Shown: positions 39,001 through 51,000 of the stretch, piece after piece
How the letters are laid out: every line of letters begins with the position of its first letter
How positions within the stretch are numbered: the stretch's first letter is position 1
Source: Fimbriosthenelais zetlandica
Lineage: Eukaryota
Assembly (NCBI GenBank): GCA_977030845.1
Contig: OZ365115.1
Span: 25,978,001 to 26,042,000 of the forward strand
Direction: 5' to 3'
DNA length: 64,000 bases
Position numbers and translations under genes: made by a program
The notes under the pieces: generated by a model
The model's database searches: none
Seen by the model: only the letters and a program-made list of their open reading frames with translations
What the model was told of the DNA's origin: nothing

Positions 39001-42000
39001 CACGTTTTACTCTGTACATTACTAAAAGCTGTTTGTAAAGAGTTTATGAGGAAACCTTCCTGCTCATAACTAAGGTAATGTTTCGAACAGATGGAATAAA
39101 GGTCAAATATGGCTGTGCCAAGCAGAGGAATGTGAGCCGAGGCCAAAGCATTGATACGACTTCCAATTGTGCATTGCTGTACTTGCTACTCACACTAGGG
39201 CATTCATAATAAAAGTTGTTTCTCATTATCAAAGTAAACAAAGAAAATAATAATAAGTTTTAAAAAACCCTCAATGAGATGCAATAGGGGCCAAATTAGT
39301 TTGATTTTCTGAAGAGCCAGGGCTGCCAACTCTCCGGATTTTGGCCGGAGACTCCGGCTTTTTGGGTCCAAAAATGCCTGTCACAGGCCTCCGGCCTTTG
39401 GGCAGCCAAAATCCATTTTTGTCAGGCTTTTTTAAGACTCAAAACATTTAGGCCTAAGAAACCCCTGTTAGTTGACATTTCCATTGCTTCTGGTGAAATA
39501 AACTGTCCAATTTAAAGTAAAATATTATGTTGATGTAATGGTTAGGCCTACACAAAAGAGGCACTGATTTCACCAGAAAGCCTTAAAATGGAACAACATT
39601 TGTTTTAAATTTCCAAGAGGCATTGCTTGTGTAAATTCGTCATTGAAAAAGAAACATCATCTTTGTCGCAGAGGTGTCACAAGCAAAATCGCAGCAGTAG
39701 AGACCAGGATATAACAATGGCACATTGGATTGAGAAATAATGCATGTGGAATGATAATAATAGGGATGATCAGGAAGTGGTCAAGTTCTGTGCTAAACAA
39801 AGTTGACTTTTCAGGTTTGAGTCAAATTTTCAGGTTTTTTTGTTTTTACTTTATCAAAATCAAGAGATTTCTACAATACTAGTATGGTCCAAACAAACTG
39901 ATAAAAATGTTTTTGAACATTTCCAGATCTGGTACCCAAGCGAATAATCATAAACAAAGTAGAAAATGAAGCAAGGAAAACGGAAATTAAAAAGTGACAC
40001 AGGGTAAGTATGAGCTAGTATACACTAGGTTCTTACCAAAATCAAACTCTGTAATGAAATATTAGTGGATGTAGGGCACAAATTAATCAACTATCAATGA
40101 TCTTCCATTCTTAGTTTTTATTAGAAACTTGAATGGAATTCATTTAAATAATTAGAAATAATAATCAAATAACCAATATAAAATGGGAAATTATGTTTGG
40201 TGAGTTGTTAGTTTCTGCTTCGGTGTCTTCATTGGGGAGTAAATCATTTATCTTTGCTTTGTTTTTTTACTCTTTGTCTGCCGATTGTGCCGCCCTGCTA
40301 TGCATTCAGCACAGTCATTGCTTTTATTTTAATAAAATTTATTTTTAATTTTAATTAAAAGGCCTTTAGTTATACAAGTAGGCCCTACTTGTTCTTTTAT
40401 AGTCTTTCATAGGACAAAATGCAATTTTAGATTTTTATAATTTGCCCAATTAACAACAATTAATTACTTCAGTATTCAACTTATGTTCTCTTCTAATCTA
40501 AATCCAATTATAAAATGAACACTTACGAGGTTTAAGGTTGAGATCTTGTTGATCATCTGTTCCCTTCTTCTTCTTAATATCCTTGTGCTTGAGCAAATTT
40601 CTGAAGTCAACATTGGTGGAATCAGGATCTGAAATGCATTGATATAAGTCATATTAACATGGCTCTCAAATCAATCATGAGCTTCCATTCTTAGTTTTTA
40701 TTATAAACTTGAATTCAAGTGTCAATCGACATGGGTGATGCTTGTGTCGCAATAAAATTTATACATTGTGGTCCAAGTGTCCAAGTATCCTCCAGTGGCA
40801 CATTTTTCATTGGGACAAAAACATCACCTTTGTCACAGAAGTGTCGCAAGTAAAATCGCAGCAGTGGAGTACAGGGTTTAGAATAGATTTTCAGAAGAAA
40901 GAAGAAATAAAAGATCTGGAAGAATATGGCCAAACCAAGTCGATGGGACAGTTTGAATCTCTTAGATATGTAGGTTTCAGTACTGAAAAGTCATATTTAT
41001 AATAATGTGATTTCTTTCTTTCGCTGGTTTGTAAGGGACATTGATCCGAACCCAACTCAAATTCGAACCCCCATCTTTTCAAATCACAGGAACAGCCCCT
41101 GAACAAAGTAACCAAGCTTTCCACGTACCTTTGACAAACACTGAGAAGCCTACAAAGTCTAGAGATTTGTTATCCTTGTCGAGAAGCTCCAGTTTGTAGG
41201 AGGCCTCGTCCCGATCTTTACATTTCTTGAGCTCCAGGAAGCAACGCATCTGAGACTTATCGAAGATCATGGTCGTCTTAGGATTCTTCATGAGCTCACG
41301 ACCAGAAGCATGCCACTTGACGCTCACTGGGTTTTGTAACAAGAAGACCTCAACTGTCAACGTCCCACCTGCAAAAATAACACAAAGTGCTGTTCTAAAT
41401 ATTGTAAGAACTTGGACTCAGAATTATTGAAATCTTTACATGAGGCATGCTCTTTGAGTTGTACGTATATGACTTTTATTTACACAATTTCCATGTTTCT
41501 CCATGGATTTTCAGGTAATTAATCATAATCACATTTGTACATAATTATAATTATAAAATGTACAATAATACTTCAACATAAAAACATGTCCCTTCGAACC
41601 AATTTTAACAATTTATGACTTTGCAATAACATATCAATAACATAACTTTGCTTCGTTCACTGTTAAAGTTAAAATGATTGAAGGTCAGTTCAAGATCATT
41701 CAATGTTAAAAATGGTCATTTCAACATATATTCTCACTTGGTCGATTAGGAGCTATATCTTCATCCACTATACCTATAAATATTGATCGAAGTTAATCGA
41801 TATTTTACTTTCTAATTTGGTCGATTAGGGGCCTCGAACCTGGGACTTTCGACAAATATGGGGTAGACACTAACCACTACACCACCACGGTGGTCCAAAA
41901 CGATTCCTAGCAGTTCATAAACATAGACTTCCCCGAGTTTTCCCTGATTTTCCCCTGAGTAAGCCCTTAAATTCCAGGAGATATTTTAGCCATATGAAGC

Positions 42001-45000
42001 ACTGTGAACTTCAGTGGCGGGCATAGGATTGTATGCCTCAACATCCGAGGGATTATCGTTCTGAGTCAGTGTTGAAATTCCCTGAGTTTTCCATTTTTGT
42101 TCACAAGTTCCCTGAGTGGAAAGAGACATACCTTCATTGACGACCTGGTTCTGCGGTTTAGTTTTGAAGTATTTAGATGGTTCATCATCCTCATCGGGCC
42201 TGACACTGCCTCTCCTGGGTCCTGCTCCCGGTGGCTAGATTAAAAACAAAGGTTTATTAATTTATAATTCGATATTTATTTCCTCATCTTCAATGCATCA
42301 CTTTCATTACATTACTTATCCGCACATTGCGACCTCACTGAGCTACCACAATCTTCTTGTTCTATAACGGGGAAAAAAACGTAGGAATAATGCTCCTATG
42401 GTAGTGTGGAAACCCCCCTGTTGTACAAGGGTCGGCGAGTGCAACCTCGTCGAGCGTCTGCTTTGTTCAAGTATTGTTTTCTCAAAAACATTGCTAATAT
42501 ACAATACAATCGCTCCACGAGGGTACACTCGTCGACCCTCGCCATTGATGATTTACTTGTACAACACCCTGTAGGACTCCTGCAAGGGAAAGCCGACTCT
42601 CGCTTGCAAAAGATCTTGTCGCAGCGCTGGAGCCAACGAGAGGTTTCCACAGCTGCTCCAGGGCTTGCGCTGGAGTTTTCACCAATATTTGAAATCATTT
42701 GCAAAGTATATCCAGTAATACTAACCTTTGGTTCCAGTGTATCTGCAATATAAATTGAGACAAAATCAGAAACAAGATCCCATAGCAATATCAAATACAC
42801 AAGAGGAGTCCTTTTAACATTGGGCATAAGAGAAACAAATCGTAAATCTCTTCTGGATATCTCAATATAAAAAGGGAAACTTCGAATTATACAGAAATGA
42901 CAATCAAATATGCAACAATCAGAAATAGAATATCAATACCTTCTTAAAATATAAAATAAAGTGTGTATTCTAATGAAATTTTCTAGCCTAGTTTTTATAT
43001 GTACTGAATGCAAAAGAAAGAAAATATACATGTATCTATGAAATAAAATGAGTAATCTAAGATGCAAGAACAAACAGTACATATATTTATACCTATTGAA
43101 AACAGTATCTGTACATCATAATAATTTTCATGTGGGATAATTTTCATGTGGGATGAATTGGGAAGGGATAGATAGTGGATGGAATACGACAGACTAACAT
43201 GACAATTGAAGGAAAGAAAAGTTCTAAACTTTCCAGAAATACTCCCTAGACTCCGCACACATATTTATGCAAATTTATACAAAGAGTATATATGCAAATA
43301 GGCTACACCGCCAATAATTAGATACTCATAAATTTAAAAACAGATGAACCAATGAATGAGATATATGACGTAATTTTTTCTACGTCCAATTTAGTTATAG
43401 TAGAATTAAGTCTACTTCAAAGATTAAAATACATTTATAAATATTTATATTCATACCTTATCTTTAACGCCTCACCTTTATACATTACTTAAGAGTTTAA
43501 CTTGACCTGGTTTCCAAATTCTTTTGGCCATCTCTTTTTATACATGCAATCCTTTCTTTGAGTCGTTTATAACACCACCTAGATAATTGGTAGTTCCAGC
43601 TAAGTAACCAAGGGGCCTATTCATATCCGAATGATTCCAATTTATCGATTCTAAATTTATTTATTTATATTAAAAATCTGAATAACTTTCCCTCTGTAAT
43701 AAAATACCCCAACATCCAAATGCTGTGTTGCATTTTTTCCTACAAGAATACACAAACTCGGTTTAGGCCAATTTAAGTCTTTTTTCAAAAATGTTTGCCT
43801 TAACATTGATCAATTTACTATATAAACTATTATATTAATTATTTACAGCTAATTTTTATAATGTCCATGCCTGTACTAGATATTGTATAATGATCAAGGA
43901 CAAAAGTTGACAGAACAGACATAGGATTACAAGACATCAATAGACAAGACCTGAATAGTTATGTAGTCCTACACTATTATGGTACCACCTACAAAATAGA
44001 TTCAATTGTACACTACAGAAGCCTGGCATTGCATTCAAAATAAATTTGCATAAAAATCTGCAAATAAAGACTTATAATGCACTTGTCTAAGAAGATTGTG
44101 ACGATTTAAATGTAGGGTATTGTTTCCGCAGTTTTTTTTTCTGATTTTTCTTCTAGATTTTTTGTATATGGTTCTCCCCACTCACCTCTGGCTAAGTCAG
44201 GGACCCGATCGTCTTCTTCGTTCTCTTCTGCCATTGGTCAAGTCAAAAGTGCGATTAGCCAATCAGAATGTCATTCAGTTGGGATAGACTACAGCCCTCT
44301 ATTGGTTGGAGTGGATGACAATGTACACTTTCAGATTTCTCTCTACAGGTGGGGTGAAAATTATCAAGGTATCGAATATCTTTCCACCGAAAGATATACC
44401 AATAGCTCGGAGGACCGCAAAACGTAGTTATGTAAGAAATTGGTGAAGAACACTCAGAAATTTGGTGCGTAAATCCATGTTATGAAGACCTCCCAATAAT
44501 ATGAAAACACTGAGTTAATTGTGACAGTGACGTAATGTTTTGACAGTGCCAAACATTCTATGCTAACATAGTGAGGGGATTCAACACTGGGATAGATTTA
44601 CTTTTGATTGTTTTAAGTTATTCTAGGACATATTATTATAATATGTAATAATCAGACTGGGCTCTAAGACATGGGGTCTTGTATTGAATGACATTCGTCT
44701 GGCTTTTTGTCAGTCGGTTAGTAATTGCACGACAGTCAAGTCATATTCATCAGAGTTGTCGAGTCAATCTTTAGAATTTCTTTTAATTATTTTTCAACAC
44801 TGTCTAAATTTAAGAGCTAATTTTTAAATTTGTTTCATTTAAATTTGGTGTGGTTAGATAGGCCCTATTGATGTATAATTTGTATGAATGGATGTGTTGA
44901 AAAATGTATTTTGTGACATTGTAGTTAATTTTGATGTTGAAAGAAATGATTTGATTTGTTTATTGTGATCTTTTCAGTCTAATCTATAAGTCTAAAATAT

Positions 45001-48000
45001 TCATTGTCTTTTATGTATCAGACATTGAAAGTTCTTTCAACCACAGAGTGTACTACATGACTGTGTTTCTTCTTCAAACCGGATGAGAAAAAGTGAGAAA
45101 TTGTACCAAACCTTTTACATAGTTGAAATAAAATGACACCACCTAGCATACAACCTACTGTCTGACGCGCTCTACTCTATCATCCTACCTTCTAAAGGGA
45201 CATTCTGATGCAGCATATCTCCAAACATGCGAGATAAGCATGCTGTCTTTGACCTTGGCATGTGTTGAAATAGGATGAAGTTATAGAATAACAACTTCAC
45301 CGAAATGTAAATTATGTTGCTTGAGTTCAAAATGATTCAGTGATATTGGTATAGTTTGACCAAATCCAAATGATTATTGTTGTTTTGAACTTCATTCTTC
45401 ACTGTATCTGAATCAAGATGACACAGTGCATAGAAGAACGCTGATTTGAAAAGCAGCCCACCCCCAATAGAATGCGCATGTATTAATTAAATAATATACA
45501 AATTTGAATTGATATGGAACGGATATAATCAGAATCTATACTGACCACCTGTTGTACAAGGAACCTCGTCAATGGCGAGATTCGGCGAGGGCAACCCGTC
45601 GAGCGTTTGCTTTGTTCAAGTACTATTTTCTTAACAAAAGTGCTTGGGCAATAGCTTGTTATTGCATTGTCCAAGCACTGTTTTCTCAAAAAACATTGCC
45701 TGTACAATACAATCGCTCCACGAGGGTACCTTCGCCGACCCTCGCCATTTTCTTGTATGTAGGGCCTACAACACCCTGATGAAGAGCCCATTGAAAAATT
45801 TGATTTGATTTGATGTAAGAACCGCTGGCATATCACAACGATAGAGGAATTTGGAAAAATGAGATTTGACAGATTTAGAACCAGAAAAAACCACATGAAC
45901 CAAGGTCAAAGGTTGGATGTCACCTTTACCTTCTTCTTCCTCTATGGGAACTTCCTGTTGGTTTTTGAGTGTTGTTGATAACCGGGGGTAGCGTTTTCGA
46001 GCTAATTCACGCAAAGCTTCATCGTCAAGAGTTTCGTCATCGGACCCATTTTCATCAGAACCTCCACTCCCCCTACGCCCAGAATTACCAAGGCCATTTT
46101 CCTTGAGCAGTTCTGGGGTACTTTCTTTGGATTTACATTCAGTCTTTGGTAGGGAGTTGGACAGGGAGGGTTGTGTTGATTTGCGTTGTTGTTTTTCGGA
46201 GCCGTTTGTAAGAGGCGAGTTCTGCGGGGTCGAGTTGGCCTTGGCTGACAATGCAAAGAAAACAAGACAAGCAAACAGGAGCATTAGAGGGTGAAGTGAA
46301 GTGAAGAAGTGAGGGGTGGTGGAGAGAGAAAGAAGAGATTAGGAGAAGTGGGGAGGGTGAGTGAGATGGCCAGTGAGTCAGCCAGCGTGGTGGTCATACC
46401 AATGGGTTGTGTTAGGATGCCTTTGGTTCCTTACCTCAAAATCTGCCTGATTGACCAAATAATAGGCAGTATAGAGAAATTATTATGAGTGTTCGATTCA
46501 AAGATGACATTTCAAATAGCGGTAAGTACCACAACTTCGTTTTTGCCAATTGTTTGAGTTAGGAATGAGACCTATACCCCAAATGGTGCAATATTTCCCA
46601 TATTATGTTCCCCATTGTATTTGTTGATAGTTTTGGTTCAGAACGAATATTGAACAGACATTTTTGAATATTAACACTCATAATTATTGGGGGCAGGAAA
46701 AATCAGTATGGAAGAGTACTGTTAAAGTTGCATAACAGGAATACCTGGAAAAGGTAGAAAGAGAAATGGTAGGATATAAGTTAATTGGAAGACAGGAGAT
46801 GAGTTGAAGAGGGTGCACTGCAAATGACCTAGTGCCTAACTGTGGCATGAGAGAAAAAAACCGGTATTAATATTGGATGTGGATGGGCAAAAACATACAA
46901 AATCAGCACAAAATTCTTAAAATATACAATGCTGCAAAAAGCATGTCTCTCGGTACCATACCTTGAAAATCCTTGTACTAAGCTCCAATAGGTACACTGT
47001 TACACCCCGTCAAAATTTTACAAAGATCACCAAAATACATAAAAAGACAGATAAAAATCTGTAGAAAAACAGAGATTAGGATGGAAGGGAAAGGGTGAGA
47101 CACATAAGGGTGGTGGGGATTGAAAAGAGAGTTGTCTTGTCCAGAATGAGTACGTATGTGGAATGTCAAATGTTTTGGATAGTGTACATATACATCATAT
47201 TCTGGTACACACATAATATACAATTGTATTTCCTCTGCCTAACATTATGCATACGGATTTGCCAAATACTTGCAAAACATTAGGATCTTCTTCCATATTT
47301 TTCCTGAAATAAAGTGTTGTTATAAGATGAAAGGCTGCAAGAGACAGCTTGAAATGAAGGGTGATTAGTAATAATGTTACTAAAAATACTCCTCTACATT
47401 TCTATTAGTTATTAGAACAAAAAATGGGTCATGACAAATAATAATTGTGGAGCAAATACTTATTTGTTATGTTATTGCTAGGCTTACATACTAAAAGGCA
47501 TTGGATTCTTCCATCAATGGGAATCAACATCAAGCAGGTGGCATTTGTTCCACAGTGTTTGTGAAAAGCAACAGATATGAGCTCCAAGTGCTGCAATTGA
47601 CATCAGATTTTCAGCAAACTATCTGTCAATAACTACAGCTTGTCCACCAACAGACTGGTTGGAGAGATCCGTTGGAGATCCTGTATTGACAGACAAAATG
47701 TCTGACGGCACAGGAAAGTTTTTCGCAAACACTGTTTCATTAAGGTATTTTGTCTTAACATTTGTTACAGGCATATCCATGTGTGAATGGTTTTTGGGAT
47801 TTTATAGGCATTATCCTTTCAAAAGTAGGATTGATCAACACATCGGAGAAAGTCAGATGGTGAGGAAAAGAACAACTGGTTGGGAAGGCAGGATATTCAG
47901 GAACAATCTTTGTAACTGAGTGCATGGTATTTAATGGGCAAATGTGTCGCTTTCGTGGTCATTATGTATGTTCAAAGATCAAGTTTGGTATACATAAGGG

Positions 48001-51000
48001 CCACGGTGCATTGCATGATTCTATCAATAATATTGTTCATATCCATATTGCTATGTATGAAATCAATGCAATGTGTGACAATTAATCGTGAATAAACCCG
48101 ATGTATTCGACAGTCATACCCCCATCTTCAAGGGATGAGTCGAGTACTGAAGCACATTTTAAATATCTTCCTTGGTGCATAGGACGCATGATCAAAAGAA
48201 TATTTGCTGCCACATGGGCTCAGCTTCCTTACCTTTCTTAGCTACGAAAAGTAGAAATAAAGGAAAACATGGATAAATATTTGGAAATTGTTTGTTTTTA
48301 ATAAAGCTTAGGGTTTTTCCCCCAGACACAGCAATGTTGATTTCCGGTTCTGCTCATTTCTGAGAGATCGTCATGATTGCCCGGAAATCATTCCTCTCTG
48401 GTGAGAGATGGAAATTGGTGCTGGATGATTAATTCACTAGAAACCCTAGGCTTTGAGATGGCGGTTGCCAGGGAAAAAACTCCAGGCAACCTGCCTTAAT
48501 GAAATTGAAAATATAGGGGGGAAATGTTGGATTTGTAAAGATGGATTTTATCCAATAATACGTGGATAAACAACAATTTGGCTGAAAGCCTTTTCATCAC
48601 GAAAGGCCTTAGTACAAAGTCATTTGGAAATAGTTCTTCCCAACTATAATAGAGGAACATTCATTTCCAAAGACTTTCAGAAGAATCAGAATGAATAGTG
48701 AAAACATCATCTATAGGTGCTTTTGGAGCTATATTAAGACAATGCCCATCAAAAACTAAATAGTGTTGTTGTAATGTAAAACTAACATAACAATTAACAT
48801 TTATAACAAAAGTGGACAAACAGAGAAACAGAGAAAAGAATAGTGTTTGAGAAGTAATGTGAGAGAACGGGAAAGATGCGTACTACGTCATCAGAGGAGG
48901 GGGACCGCATAAACCTCTGACGTCATACCTACCTTCTTTAGGAGGTGGGGCCTTAGTTTCCTTTGGAGGTTCCGGCTCAACAATCTTAGGAACGACTGCA
49001 AACAGGGGTTAAGTGAGAAAAAGTCCAAAATTGAGTCAATGATCTTGGTAAAATGTATTGCACCAAGATATTGCCATTTTTGAAACCGTCAGCGAGCATA
49101 CAGAAATTTAAAATGTTACTACACAGAAAAAGTTTAGGATGTCACTCAAATTTATGACGAGACATCGAGAAGTATGAGTGTCAAATTTTCTAAGTAATTA
49201 CTAGCAACTACAAATATCTACGCATAAATGAAATTTCACCCAAAGATATGGGTGGATTCACTAGCTTAAGAGATGTAAATTAAAGTCTCAAAACACATGC
49301 AAAGTAATATTAAAATGTTGGTTATTTGCTTATAATGGAACATTATAAAACAAGATCAATTGTAATGAAAATGTAAAAGAGCAAATATATGCAATTTACA
49401 GAAGACTTTTATGAATATTCCCAGACAAAAAGAGAATATTATAATGATGAACAAAGTTATGTGAAGAAAGGCAATGCAAATTATTTACAAAGAACAGCTC
49501 CATCAAACATCAGCAATTTCTTCTAAAGCGGAAGAAGTCTGCAGATGTGATGAAATTTGTGACAAAATTGCAGTTAGAACAAAAGGTTACAGACAGAATC
49601 TTCCAAAATTGTTGGCCTCGACGCAAAATTAAGTATTTCAAAGAGAGTGAGTGATTTGGAGATATTTGGGAAGTACATTTGGACATTAACAGAAAAAGGA
49701 GGTTTCTTACAACACAATATAACAAAACAATGATCCCTTCAAATAAGAAAGAACGTATATATTATTCCTCCATGACAGAATAATAAAAAATGTACATAAT
49801 TGTTGCAGGACAGGCATCAGATCCTAGAAGGAAAGTGGGGGCAGCCACAGAGCTCTCTCTCTTCAACGAATAAATCCCAGTATCCACGAGGAATACCAGA
49901 ATATTGTACGATTTTTTTAAAAATTATTTTCTTTTTCAAAAATTCTAATACTCTGGTTGAATAACTCAAAAAGATATTTAATTATGCTGCACCCAAATAT
50001 CTCAGAGCAGAAGTCTCGAAACTTAATTTCCAGATGAATTCCTCGTCGAGAAAAGAGAGCTATATGTGCTTATATAATAGAATCATATAGTATTATTAGG
50101 AAAAGTTCAAATTATAATCTCACCTGATTCTTTTCTCTTGGGTTCCTCCTTCTTGGCTGGCGGTTTCTTTCCCGGTGGAGGTTTAGCTTGGGTCTTCGGG
50201 GCCGGTTCTGGTTCTACCTTCGGTTCCTTCTCGCCCTCTGGTTTCTGCCCTCCAGGAACGGCTTTAAGATCTGGCCAGTCCTGTGCAGACCACATAGGGT
50301 GTATGAAGGCAAGACCAATAGGTAACAACACTGCTCTGAATCTGACTGACCCGGCGCCTACAGCCCAACATGTTGGTCAGTAAGATCGTCCAGAGAGACT
50401 GAACGCATTCACAGCAAAAGCCAAACTGGTTCTGGGTGGCAGATCCAACCATGTTAAAAGAGTTAACTCAAATATATACTCCTCAAAAGGTTTGGAAGGT
50501 ATGTGCAAGTGGGTAGATTCCCCAGGCTTTGGGAGACCGCCCCCTTCAGGGCAAAAGGGGGCAACCTCTTCCATACGCGCTAGGCATTATTATTATTATT
50601 ATTATTATAGAAAGAGTGATAGCCATAGATCAGTTTGTAGTCTACCAAGACAAAAGCATTGGGCTTTCACCGGTAGAACAAACTCCTAATTTGTTATGTT
50701 GTGTTGTTTGTATCCCATAAAAACTAGGGTTTTCTCCAAAATAAATCATATCCGCTTGTCAAAATTGAAAGGGATAGTGATTTGAGATGGGTTAGTTCTT
50801 AGCTCGAAGAAGATGATATACGCTGTTCTTTTGGTGTATATCATCAAGAGAAAAGGGAAAGTGTTAGGAAAGGAAGAGAAACATAAATGGGCAGTGTTCC
50901 GAGAGTGAGACACATCAACAGAACACCCCCTGGATCTGCCACGCCATTTTGATCAAGAATTTTCAGGGTATCATCATGAAAAATGTACCCCTGATTGTTA

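Noticed and set aside
42396-42827. ORFs sharing YNRSTRV / [11 protein letters not shown]-type peptides (also 23586, 27781, 45483, 45552, 57901, 61847)
   Set aside because: All are translations of MITE family E; no transposase motifs.
42940-42942. Possible 3-nt AAG microexon
   Set aside because: Too short to support from sequence alone; weak donor in AT-rich context.
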